From positions 1 to 39,622 of IMG/VR virus record IMGVR_UViG_3300037478_000532: a stretch of DNA of 39,622 bases. The stretch is one strand, 5' to 3'. Every line of letters begins with the position of its first letter. The first letter of the stretch is position 1. The notes beneath the pieces were generated by a model that saw nothing but the letters and a program-made list of their open reading frames with translations, was not told the DNA's origin and searched no databases. Positions 1 to 7,914 of the stretch are shown in pieces. This DNA comes from a virus (lineage: Duplodnaviria > Caudoviricetes). The position numbers and the translations under genes were made by a program.

Positions 1-2
1 AG

Positions 3-132
3 AGGTATCTCGCGGGTCCGTCGCGACCGGACCGTCAGGGGCGCGGACATGCAAGGGCACCGACTCCGCGACTTTGGCGTGCCTTAAATCCCTACGTCGC
101 TTCGCCGCATAGGTGCCGCGACCGCGAGACCT
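3..132 (-). ncRNA. putative structured RNA (multi-stem, possible pseudoknot) directly 3' of tRNA-Gly
   Basis: Minus strand closes AGGT-CTCGCGG...CCGCGAG-AT-ACCT; internal hairpins CCTATG..CGTAGG, GGCAC..GTGCC, GTCCG..CGGAC. Confidence 0.45.
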
Positions 133-133
133 T

Positions 134-207
134 TGGAGCGGGCCGCGAGAATCGAACTCGCGTGGGCGGCTTGGAAGGCCGCTGCCTAGCCACTCGGTCA
201 GACCCGC
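134..207 (-). tRNA. tRNA-Gly (anticodon TCC)
   Basis: GCGGGTCTGACCGAGTGGCTAGGCAGCGGC-CTTCCAA-GCCGCCCACGCGAGTTCGATTCTCGCGGCCCGCTCCA: cloverleaf, TTCGA T-loop, encoded CCA. Confidence 0.95.
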
Positions 208-219
208 TGAACGGAATGT

Positions 220-304
220 ATCTCGCGACTGTCCGTTGCCATCCGGCTGGTTATTTCCGACAGCTAGACCGCCGGCTATTGCCGGCCGCTTGCCACCGCG
301 AGAT
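220..304 (-). ncRNA. putative structured RNA unit (85 nt)
   Basis: Closing stem ATCTCGCG...CGCGAGAT (same stem as unit 3-132), internal hairpin GCCGGC-AATA-GCCGGC. Confidence 0.45.
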
Positions 305-308
305 TGGA

Positions 309-384
309 TTGGGCGGCGACAAGCCTGCCTTCCGACAAGCTCACTCCCTCCGTTGCCGAAGGGAGCTGATAAAACGCCGCCCAA
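309..384 (-). ncRNA. putative structured RNA unit (76 nt, 3-way junction)
   Basis: 10-bp closing stem TTGGGCGGCG/CGCCGCCCAA; two GNRA-capped hairpins (GCAA, GGAA) with G-U pairs on the minus strand. Confidence 0.5.
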
Positions 385-389
385 ACTGT

Positions 390-469
390 TTCGGGCCGCA
401 GCCGTCGCACCGTTCAACGCCTGCGGCCGAACCGCTGGCTCACGGATTGAGTGTTGCTGCGAGCCCGAA
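390..469 (-). ncRNA. putative cloverleaf-like RNA unit (80 nt)
   Basis: Closing stem TTCGGGC(T)CGCAGC/GCTGCGGCCCGAA with three internal hairpins; no tRNA T-loop or CCA. Confidence 0.5.
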
Positions 470-482
470 TGGTGAAATTGTC

Positions 483-852
483 CATGCTTATCCGGTTGAC
501 ACACACAGGCGGAAAATGACCCCACATGTAGTGGCCCTCTCAGAGGATCATTCGCAGCGGGATCTCTTCGACGGTCGGTCGCGGGTCGGCCATTCGCTTC
601 AACTCGCGTTCGAAATCGGCCGTCAACGAGTCGATTCTCGGATGGGATTTGGAGATTTCCGGCGCAATCCGCGTGATAAAGCACTGCACCGGAACGCCGG
701 CCTCTGTTTCGCCCTGCCATACCCGCGCCGGAACGTCTTGGCCGCCGATAACCAGCGTCACAATCTTGCTGGTGCTCTCGATATTGATCCGCATTTTCGT
801 CTCCTACATCTAGGGGGTTTTGGTCGCTGTGTGTGTCAACCGGATAAGCATG
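483..852. mobile_element. non-autonomous MITE/MIC-like cassette with passenger gene
   Basis: Perfect 26-bp TIRs CATGCTTATCCGGTTGACACACACAG (483-508 and 827-852), flanked by 8-bp direct repeat AAATTGTC (475-482, 853-860); no transposase. Confidence 0.85.
540..794 (-). CDS. hypothetical protein, passenger of the MITE-like cassette (84 aa)
   Basis: AGGAG RBS 6 nt before ATG; fills the interval between the TIRs. Confidence 0.8.
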   Translation of the reverse strand: MRINIESTSKIVTLVIGGQDVPARVWQGETEAGVPVQCFITRIAPEISKSHPRIDSLTADFERELKRMADPRPTVEEIPLRMIL

Positions 853-863
853 AAATTGTCCGA

Positions 864-1205
864 TCATGCCGCGCGCTCCATGCGCTTGGCGGTGGAGTAC
901 GGACCGCGCTTCTTGCCGGTCATGGTCGCGCTGATCTTGGCGCAGGTCTCGGGGCTGCGCGGCTTACCTTTCATGGGCGACGGCTTGCCGGCCAGCGACG
1001 CACTGATCTTCGCCCGCGTCTCGGGGGTATGCGGGCCGCGCTTCTTGCCGAGTTGCGCCGCACTGATCTTGGCGCGATGTTCTGGACTTTTCGGCTTGCC
1101 GCGCCGCGCTGTGCTCAACTTGGCGCGTACCTCGGGCCGCTGCATCGCCGCTGCGATATTGGCGCGTGTCTCAGGCGAACGGGGCACCCCCTTCGGCCAT
1201 GCCAT
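864..1205 (-). CDS. NUMOD3-repeat DNA-binding protein without nuclease domain
   Basis: Repeats G(K)xxSPE(T/H)RAKIS; RBS GGGAGG before MAWPKG. Confidence 0.8.
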   Translation of the reverse strand: MAWPKGVPRSPETRANIAAAMQRPEVRAKLSTARRGKPKSPEHRAKISAAQLGKKRGPHTPETRAKISASLAGKPSPMKGKPRSPETCAKISATMTGKKRGPYSTAKRMERAA

Positions 1206-1206
1206 G

Positions 1207-1380
1207 TCAGGCGCCCTCCCCCGCAAAGCCATATTCCACATAGGATCGGCGGAAACGGTTTACCTTGCGGCAACGATCATCACGGCTATGGGATGACAAG
1301 CTCGCGCTCGCGTTGCAGGCTTGGTGCAACCGCAAGGGGGAGCCGTGGCCGAAGTCGTTATGTTTCCGAGGCGACGTCAT
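1207..1380 (-). CDS. hypothetical protein (57 aa)
   Basis: ATGA overlap with the cro stop; ends just before the NUMOD3 start. Confidence 0.45.
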   Translation of the reverse strand: MTSPRKHNDFGHGSPLRLHQACNASASLSSHSRDDRCRKVNRFRRSYVEYGFAGEGA

Positions 1381-1613
1381 GGCCGGGCCTCGACAGGCGA
1401 GCGCGAGGCGGAAGATTTCAGGAGATCGTTGGCGGTCACATCGCCGCCGGTTTCGCGTTCGATGGCCTCAACGATCTCCCGGCGCGGCCACATCCGGCCT
1501 TCCGCATATTCGGTCACCATCGTTGGCGTCACGCCAATGGCCGCCGCAAAAGCGTTCTTGCGCTTTTTGGAGCCGTCCGCATTCGGGATGGAAAGCCATT
1601 CGTTCAACGTCAT
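1377..1613 (-). CDS. cro: Cro-like HTH regulator
   Basis: MTLNEWL...AFAAAIGVTPTMVTEYAEGRMWP...IERETGGDVTANDL; divergent from repressor. Confidence 0.85.
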   Translation of the reverse strand: MTLNEWLSIPNADGSKKRKNAFAAAIGVTPTMVTEYAEGRMWPRREIVEAIERETGGDVTANDLLKSSASRSPVEARP

Positions 1614-1621
1614 GGGGCGAA

Positions 1622-1705
1622 TCTCTAGCATGCATGGAATTCTAGTTCAACCGGAATTCTATTCAGGCTCCGTAGCCCTGGGGATTGGCGGGCCTAGAAT
1701 TCCAG
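1622..1705. promoter_or_regulatory. divergent cI/cro promoters with three operators
   Basis: Minus strand TTGAAC-17-TAGAGA 8 nt before cro ATG; plus strand TAGAAT 7 nt before cI ATG; operators ATGGAATTCTAG 1634, CCGGAATTCTAT 1651, CTAGAATTCCAG 1694. Confidence 0.75.
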
Positions 1706-1707
1706 TT

Positions 1708-2091
1708 ATGGTGAATGAAGCTAGGGCCTATTATCGCCAAACCGCCAACATTCCGGCGGACGTGGGCAATTTCATTCGGCAATGGCGTGAACTCCCGCGC
1801 CCGGCTTATCCCAAGGGCTGGAGCCAGGGAAAACTAGCCAGTGAAAGCGGTGTATCGTTATCGTCGATCTCTGCTTACGAGCGCGGGGAAAATGATCCCA
1901 GCATCAAATTCCTAGGGATGATCAGCAAAGCCCTTGGCGTGCCCCGTGGTGTGCTTTTGGACGTGGACCCTACCAAGGACCCGGAATTGTGGGATGCTTG
2001 GCTCAGGGCCAGCCCCAGCGAACGTCAGAGCCTCAATAAAGTAGCGGCGGGCCTGGTCGGGCCGCTCTCGGCAAGGAAACGGCGGGCATGA
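1708..2091 (+). CDS. XRE-family HTH repressor (cI-like, no S24 peptidase domain)
   Basis: WSQGKLASESGVSLSSISAYERGENDPS HTH; divergent from cro. Confidence 0.85.
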   Translation: MVNEARAYYRQTANIPADVGNFIRQWRELPRPAYPKGWSQGKLASESGVSLSSISAYERGENDPSIKFLGMISKALGVPRGVLLDVDPTKDPELWDAWLRASPSERQSLNKVAAGLVGPLSARKRRA

Positions 2092-2510
2092 TGCGCTGCA
2101 TCGTCGCTGCGGCGGTGCTGTGCGGCACCATGACCGTCACCATGGCCCAAGGCCAAACCAAGCCTAGCCAGCTCATTGGCGCCCAAATCCGCGCCGACTA
2201 CGCCGACCGGCTGCGGCGGTCGTTTCTCTCGATCGGATTGAGCATGAGCGTGATGTCGTGGGAGACGCAGCCCAAGTCGGAAATCCGGTTGGACTCGCTC
2301 AAACGCTACCCCAAGCTTGTGATCTTCGGCTACCTCGACGATTCGGCGGTCTACCGGATCATGACCGAAGGCGGGGTGCTCAAGAACGCCCGCGCGATCG
2401 GCTATAGCGGCATCGAATTCATGACCAAGGGTCCGGGCGGGCGATGGCTCTACGACATTACCGGCACCGAACCGCACCCCTGCGACATTTCCAGGCGGGT
2501 TTGCCTTTAA
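2088..2510 (+). CDS. exported protein co-transcribed with the repressor
   Basis: N-terminal signal peptide; ATGA overlap with the cI stop. Confidence 0.7.
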   Translation: MMRCIVAAAVLCGTMTVTMAQGQTKPSQLIGAQIRADYADRLRRSFLSIGLSMSVMSWETQPKSEIRLDSLKRYPKLVIFGYLDDSAVYRIMTEGGVLKNARAIGYSGIEFMTKGPGGRWLYDITGTEPHPCDISRRVCL

Positions 2511-2520
2511 TCCTGCCCAG

Positions 2521-2561
2521 CTATAATTCCAGTTGCAGTAGAATTCTAGTTACGCTATAAC
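2521..2561 (+). promoter_or_regulatory. early rightward promoter with two operators
   Basis: TTGCAG(2533)-17-TATAAC(2556); operators CTATAATTCCAG 2521 and GTAGAATTCTAG 2538. Confidence 0.75.
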
Positions 2562-2605
2562 CCTCCCGAACCCAATCGGGAGCCAGGGCCATGGCCCTTT
2601 CGATT

Positions 2606-3046
2606 TCAGCGGCGGGCTTGCGGGGACGACGGGACGGCACGGGCCGCGCTGTCGATCTCCGGGAATGGCCGGTAGACGGCATTGGCGCAGGCGATCTGCG
2701 CCAGCTCGCGGTCGACGACGACGGTAAGCTTTTGGTCGCGAAACGTGTAGGCCGTGGGCTGCGCGCCGGTATAGCCGCCCATGCGGTTGCGCGCGTTGGC
2801 GCGAACGCAGACCGTCGCCACCGGGCCCATGATCGACGTCCCCGGTATCGGCGCCGATATCCCAGCATCGCGGATGCTGTAGGGGTCGACGAAATCGGCC
2901 ATGACCTTTTCGACGATCATTTGTCGGTAGGCCGGCGGCAGCGACGCCCGCGCCTGGGCCGCGCGCTCCGGGCCCGTCGAGGCCGTCTGGCAGGCCGCCA
3001 GCGTCGTCACCGCCAACGCAACCGCAATCACACCACGCCACATCAT
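2606..3046 (-). CDS. lipoprotein (accessory, antisense to early operon)
   Basis: Signal peptide with lipobox LAAC; DPYSIRDA..CVRANARNRMGGYTG motif. Confidence 0.8.
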   Translation of the reverse strand: MMWRGVIAVALAVTTLAACQTASTGPERAAQARASLPPAYRQMIVEKVMADFVDPYSIRDAGISAPIPGTSIMGPVATVCVRANARNRMGGYTGAQPTAYTFRDQKLTVVVDRELAQIACANAVYRPFPEIDSAARAVPSSPQARR

Positions 3047-3141
3047 CGCTTCGCCCTCCCAGGGGTGAGGTCTTGCAACCGCGCATTGTAGCGCAATCGG
3101 GGCGGGACGGGAATCCCCCGTTCGGAGACAGGAATAGGGAT

Positions 3142-3564
3142 ATGGCGAAGGGATTTCCGATTGTCGATCGCGAAGCCGACGAAGCGGCGCGCGATGGAGT
3201 CGACGATAATTGGCATTGGCAGCGCGGTTACGATGTGGGCGCGCGAGACCTCGACGAACGCAGGATCGAGAATGATCGCCTCAGTCGACAACTGGAGGAA
3301 GCTGCCGCAGAGACCGTGCGCATCCAAGACGACCTGGGGCGATTACTGCACTCTGCGGAGAACGATCGCGACACGTTTCGGCGCGCCCTCTTGCAATTGC
3401 ATCGTGCTATCCGCGCGCTAGGCGCGACGCACGGAACGCGGACGTTTTTCGAGTGCAGTCCCTTGGAAAGCAGGGAGTGTTTCGAAGCGTGGTTTGAGTT
3501 GAATGAAGCGCAGGCACAGGCGGCAGATGTGCTTCCATCCCGCGAGCAGGACGAGGGTGCGTGA
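3142..3564 (+). CDS. hypothetical protein
   Basis: RBS-like AGGGA; coupled to next ORF. Confidence 0.65.
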   Translation: MAKGFPIVDREADEAARDGVDDNWHWQRGYDVGARDLDERRIENDRLSRQLEEAAAETVRIQDDLGRLLHSAENDRDTFRRALLQLHRAIRALGATHGTRTFFECSPLESRECFEAWFELNEAQAQAADVLPSREQDEGA

Positions 3565-3782
3565 TGAGAAGGCCAAAACTGCATCGAAGCGAAGTCCTCA
3601 TCAGATCGAGAGGCGATGCGATCTCGAACGCCGCGCGGGTGTTGATCGGAATCGTGCGGTCGACGGAACGTATCGAAAGAGGCCGCTCTAGCGTCGCCGA
3701 GTTATCGCTTGAGGTCGAGTTGACGGGCGGCGGTGTCGAGACATGGAAGATCACCATCGAACGCACCGCGTCGAGCCACTGA
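3561..3782 (+). CDS. hypothetical protein
   Basis: Stop/start overlap with the previous gene. Confidence 0.6.
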   Translation: MMRRPKLHRSEVLIRSRGDAISNAARVLIGIVRSTERIERGRSSVAELSLEVELTGGGVETWKITIERTASSH

Positions 3783-3796
3783 AGGCAGAGGCACCC

Positions 3797-3907
3797 ATGC
3801 TCGACCACATCATCCCCGCCGGCTGGACGTTCGGCCCGGTCGATATCGCGGTGCTGCTGATCCTGGTCGCCGGCGTGGTGATCTACACGCTGTGGCCGAG
3901 GAAGTAA
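3797..3907 (+). CDS. small membrane protein (36 aa)
   Basis: GAGG RBS; MLDHIIPAGWTFGPVDIAVLLILVAGVVIYTLWPRK. Confidence 0.55.
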   Translation: MLDHIIPAGWTFGPVDIAVLLILVAGVVIYTLWPRK

Positions 3908-3944
3908 CGGCGATGCGTCGATCAACTGCAATCGGAAGGCAGCC

Positions 3945-4163
3945 ATGACCGAGACAGCAGACGTCGCTCTGGCGACCAAAATCAATCTCGCGGTCGATGC
4001 ACTCAACGCGACCTTACGTGAAGCCGCCGCCGCCGGCCTTCACGTCGAACTGGTGTCCACTTCATTTCGGTCGGTGTTGTCTTTGGCCATGCACGAACAC
4101 TACACCGTGATCGTCGAGCGGCGATGCAGGATCGGCATTGCACAAGGAGGGCAGGGGCAATGA
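3945..4163 (+). CDS. hypothetical protein
   Basis: GGAAGG RBS; coupled to next ORF. Confidence 0.65.
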   Translation: MTETADVALATKINLAVDALNATLREAAAAGLHVELVSTSFRSVLSLAMHEHYTVIVERRCRIGIAQGGQGQ

Positions 4164-4756
4164 TTGCCGTGCCAAACACCAACAGTGGAGTAAGCGTCAT
4201 GTATCTTTGTGAAGCGACCGGAAAATGGATGCTCACCCGCAAGGAAGGCCAAGCCGTCGTCGATTCGCTGGCCGCCTATTCACCGCCGGCGCCGGAGCTT
4301 GCCGCCGAGCTCGAAGCGATGCCGACGCTTCGCCGGATCGCGCTGATGCAGATGCACGAGAGCCACGTCAGCCGCACCGTCACCAAGCGCCTGATGGAAG
4401 ACGTCCAATTGACCGCGGGCGCCGCCGACTACGCCGCGCTGCGCGACCGCGGCTTCTGCGAACGCCGTCCGGCCGACCGCTGGCACAATCTCACCTGGGC
4501 CGGACGCGAAGCCGCTTCGCACCTGGAGCGCTTGCTGTGCAAGCGCTTCGGCATTCACCTGATGATGGAGGTCGGCACCGGAAAGTACGACGTGCATTTC
4601 CGCTGCCCCTGCGGCGAATGGGATTTCCGCTCGGCCAAGGGCGATTACACAGTTGCCAACGCAAGGCACTCCTACCACAAGCACGTCGCAACGGCGGACG
4701 GCATGATGAAGCTGTTCGTGGCGCTGCGCGCACCGGCGAAGATGGAGAGTGCATGA
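4160..4756 (+). CDS. hypothetical protein with C-terminal CxC..H..H metal-binding motif
   Basis: ATGA coupling; AGGAGG upstream. Confidence 0.7.
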   Translation: MIAVPNTNSGVSVMYLCEATGKWMLTRKEGQAVVDSLAAYSPPAPELAAELEAMPTLRRIALMQMHESHVSRTVTKRLMEDVQLTAGAADYAALRDRGFCERRPADRWHNLTWAGREAASHLERLLCKRFGIHLMMEVGTGKYDVHFRCPCGEWDFRSAKGDYTVANARHSYHKHVATADGMMKLFVALRAPAKMESA

Positions 4757-4992
4757 CGGCCCGACGCACCCTCCCCTTCCGCGTTGCCGAGTTCGCCATC
4801 AACGGCGGCGGCGATCCCGACGTCATCCTGCATGACGATCCGGACGCGATCGACGAATCGACCGAGGCGGTCGGCGACTGGCCGGAGATCGAGGAACGAT
4901 GTCCCAAGGCCCCGGCCGGGCAGTGCGAGTACATCATGGCGGACGGATACGTCCGCTGCATTCATTGTGGCAGGCCGAGCGGGGTGTGGTGA
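4753..4992 (+). CDS. small Cys-rich hypothetical protein
   Basis: ATGA coupling; C..C..CIHC. Confidence 0.65.
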   Translation: MTARRTLPFRVAEFAINGGGDPDVILHDDPDAIDESTEAVGDWPEIEERCPKAPAGQCEYIMADGYVRCIHCGRPSGVW

Positions 4993-5198
4993 TGAAGCCT
5001 GGGCAATCGTTCGCAATCGGCGGATGGCGTCAGACCGGGAGCGTTCGGATTCGGCAAGGCTTTCTGTTCGCTCGACTTGAAGAGCTCTGGGAACATCGCG
5101 ACGGCCGTAGAGAATGGAAGAGTTCATCACTCGACCAGTTCGTTCTCCAAGACGAATGGAAATCGGATAACAACCCGCCTCCCGCGAAGAACGACTGA
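4992..5198 (+). CDS. hypothetical protein
   Basis: TGATG coupling. Confidence 0.55.
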   Translation: MKPGQSFAIGGWRQTGSVRIRQGFLFARLEELWEHRDGRREWKSSSLDQFVLQDEWKSDNNPPPAKND

Positions 5199-5363
5199 AC
5201 ATGACCCTCGAACGTCTCTGCCTATGCACCATCATCGCCCTGCCGACATGGCAGGTCTTGGTGGCCATTGTGAAGGTGTTGGGATGACGAAGTCCGTTCG
5301 CATCCAGCGCAAGCACCTCGCCACAAAAGTGCGTCGTAATCGAACTACGAAGGTGGACGCCGC

Positions 5364-5864
5364 ATGACCGCGTCACGCTTGATCCACTATTCGCGCCGTC
5401 CGCTGCTCCATGTCCGCAGTGTTGAGCAATCGCGCCGCGCCGACCGAGGTGTCAAGCCGGACGGGCTGTGGTTCTCGGTCGGCGATGGTGAGGACGGCTG
5501 GCGCTCCTGGTGTGCTTCGGAAATGCCACACTGGCTTGATGGCGCTTTGGCAACCGAGGTTGTGCTGGCATCGGATGCCACAATGCTGCGACTGGTCGGT
5601 GCGACGGAAATTGATGCATTCACTGCCGTGTACGGCATTCTGCCACACTACGCGAACGGGCGAACGGACCTGTTCACCCACGAAGACGCGATTGATTGGC
5701 GGCGGGTGGCCGAGAAATATCAAGGCATCATCATCGCACCATATGTATGGGAGCGACGTCACGAACTGCGGTGGTATTACGGATGGGACTGCTCGTCGGG
5801 CGTCGTTTGGGATGCGAAGGCCGTCGCTGAGTTGCGACTGATGACGAAGGCGGACACAGCATGA
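5364..5864 (+). CDS. Trp-rich phage hypothetical protein
   Basis: KPDGLWFS..W..WC, IDW..VA..Y.GIII, WYYGWDC motifs; coupled at both ends. Confidence 0.75.
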   Translation: MTASRLIHYSRRPLLHVRSVEQSRRADRGVKPDGLWFSVGDGEDGWRSWCASEMPHWLDGALATEVVLASDATMLRLVGATEIDAFTAVYGILPHYANGRTDLFTHEDAIDWRRVAEKYQGIIIAPYVWERRHELRWYYGWDCSSGVVWDAKAVAELRLMTKADTA

Positions 5865-6247
5865 CCCTCCCCCGCAAGCGCCTCACCACAAAAGGCCGCC
5901 GCGAGCTCTACCGGCGCGAGGCGGCCAAGGCGCGCGACGCGGGCCTGGGCGAGCATCCCATCTGTAACATTGCGTGGTGCGGGCTGCCGGTGCTGCCGGG
6001 GCAATCGTGGGACGAAAGCCACGACGGCATTCCGCACGCCTTCGGCGGCACTGTCGTCGGCGTCGCGCATTCCCGCTGCAATCGGATTCACGGCGCCCAG
6101 GTCGTTGTGCCCGCGGTCGCCAAGTCCAAGCGCGTGCGCGAACGCCATCTCGACATTGCGCGGACGGCGCGGCCGTTGCCCGGCGGGCGCTTCGACAGGT
6201 TGCGGAAGACCATGACCGGCCGCGTAGTGGAACGCGGCACGAGGTAA
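5861..6247 (+). CDS. HNH-like zinc-binding endonuclease family protein
   Basis: C....C...WDESH...GG...HSRCNRIH. Confidence 0.65.
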   Translation: MTLPRKRLTTKGRRELYRREAAKARDAGLGEHPICNIAWCGLPVLPGQSWDESHDGIPHAFGGTVVGVAHSRCNRIHGAQVVVPAVAKSKRVRERHLDIARTARPLPGGRFDRLRKTMTGRVVERGTR

Positions 6248-6271
6248 AGCAAGCAAGTGGGGAGTCGTGCA

Positions 6272-6700
6272 ATGCCGAGAATCTACAAGCTCTATTGCGG
6301 CCGCGTCCGGCACAAGGAAATGTGCAAGGCCCGCACCATGCTGCATCGGGGGCATACGATGGACGACGTCCTGGCCGCGCTCGGCAACAGGTTGCGGGCG
6401 GACGAGATCATGACCGCGATCGAGAAGGCGCGCTGGATTCATCGCCGCGACCACACCCCGACTGCCGGCGTCACCAAGACAGGCGCGTTGCGAAAGAGCA
6501 CCATCGCGGCGCCGCCCGGTGCATTCGACGAGCGCGACCGTAGAGCCAGGTTGCTGCCCCGCAGCCTCACCGCATCGTTGATGGGCGACCCGCTGCCGGG
6601 ATATTCGGCGGCCGAGCTTCGCGACAATGACACGCCGTCGATCATCTCCGATCCGCTCGACGCCCTGGTGTTCGGCCGCGACGGGGTGCTGACGATCTGA
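6272..6700 (+). CDS. hypothetical phage protein
   Basis: GGGAG RBS; LTASLMGDPLPGYSA motif. Confidence 0.65.
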   Translation: MPRIYKLYCGRVRHKEMCKARTMLHRGHTMDDVLAALGNRLRADEIMTAIEKARWIHRRDHTPTAGVTKTGALRKSTIAAPPGAFDERDRRARLLPRSLTASLMGDPLPGYSAAELRDNDTPSIISDPLDALVFGRDGVLTI

Positions 6701-6724
6701 GCGCGCATATCAGGAGCAATTGGC

Positions 6725-7507
6725 ATGGACAACGAGAAGCTGATCGAGGAGATCGCGCGGATTGTCGAAGATCGACGTTACTCTGATGAGGCTGTCGGAA
6801 TAGCCATTCGCTTCCGCTGGTATACAATCCGCGCCGCGCTCCTCTCCCCCACAGTCACCCCCGCCGAAGCCTTCGAGCCGTCTAAGGAAGAATGGGTTTC
6901 TCGCGACGAGCATAACGCCGCCGTCAGCAAGATTCGGGCCGAATATCTATCGCGCTACTTCTTCGCCAGATGCAAAGCCTTCGAGCGGGCGCGGGAGGAA
7001 GCGGCGAACGTCGTTCGCGGTGAAATCCACGCGCATCGTTATCGCAACTGGCCACAGGTATCCAACGGAGGAAACAGTGCGAATGACAGTTATCTTGTGA
7101 GGCACTGCGACGCACTGGCGAAGGCAATCGACGCCCTCCCCAATCCCTATGACGGTGGATCGCCTGGGCAGGTCCGGCTTTGGTGCAGCCTCCATATGAG
7201 TGACTGCCCAACGCCGGAGGAATGTAAGACGCAGCCTCATTGCAGTGATCCAAATTATGCTGGTCCTCCTAGCGATCCCAAGGGCGGGAGCCCGATTGGC
7301 CGGGGCCAGCCGTCGCCAGCCCCGCGAGAACAACAGCACAATATCATCTCTGACAAAGATACCGGAACAGCGGGCAGCGTGCGCGTGATTGCTTGTTCAT
7401 GCGGCCTTAAGTTCATCGGCAACTGGAATTCAGCGCGGGAACTATTTGACCTACACATTCCCGCGCCCGAGCCCGTGACTTCTGCAAAGGGGCACGCAGG
7501 TGGCTGA
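6725..7507 (+). CDS. hypothetical, apparently mosaic protein
   Basis: AGGAG RBS; several short segments including Cys-rich ones joined by linkers. Confidence 0.6.
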   Translation: MDNEKLIEEIARIVEDRRYSDEAVGIAIRFRWYTIRAALLSPTVTPAEAFEPSKEEWVSRDEHNAAVSKIRAEYLSRYFFARCKAFERAREEAANVVRGEIHAHRYRNWPQVSNGGNSANDSYLVRHCDALAKAIDALPNPYDGGSPGQVRLWCSLHMSDCPTPEECKTQPHCSDPNYAGPPSDPKGGSPIGRGQPSPAPREQQHNIISDKDTGTAGSVRVIACSCGLKFIGNWNSARELFDLHIPAPEPVTSAKGHAGG

Positions 7508-7508
7508 C

Positions 7509-7892
7509 ATGGAACCTCAGACAGCAACCACAGAACGCGAGCCAGGTCCTATTTGGGGCGGATGGTGGGGATGGGAGCCGCCGCCTGGCGCTGAGAAGGA
7601 ATGCCAGACGGCATCGCGACCAATGGAAGTTCATGGGCGCGTCACGCTCCACATTACGTCACACGCAATCAGGCGATGGCAGCAGAGAATTGAAGATGTT
7701 TCGGATGAAGCCGCAGCACTTGGAATTGTTGCCGCTCTGCAATCAGCCAAGGCTAAACATTTTCGCAAGTTCAAGGTGGCCAAGGAGACGTTCTACATTC
7801 CAACGCCGCGCGCAATTCTGGTTGGATCGAAACACAAAATTGTGACGGTGCTACCACGCAATACAATGGTGTTCGACATTGACGATCAGTGA
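7509..7892 (+). CDS. hypothetical protein, possible BECR/RelE-like RNase fold
   Basis: ITSHAIRRWQQR...IVTV pattern. Confidence 0.55.
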   Translation: MEPQTATTEREPGPIWGGWWGWEPPPGAEKECQTASRPMEVHGRVTLHITSHAIRRWQQRIEDVSDEAAALGIVAALQSAKAKHFRKFKVAKETFYIPTPRAILVGSKHKIVTVLPRNTMVFDIDDQ

Positions 7893-7914
7893 CTTCTGCA
7901 AAGGGGCAGGGACA

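Noticed and set aside
134-207. tRNA-Gly as prophage attL/attR boundary
   Set aside because: It sits inside a phage operon far from int, and I found no duplicate of its 3' end in the window.
162-1628. 488-aa plus-strand ORF, and other long antisense ORFs such as 22051-23661, 23740-25269, 28522-29739
   Set aside because: Shadow frames of GC-rich minus-strand genes or RNAs; no motifs or RBS.
6725-7507. GGSP motifs in an early protein (and YSPP in 4160-4756) as glycosylation tags
   Set aside because: Non-structural, low-complexity contexts; treated as background that any enrichment test for the virion SPP motif must account for.
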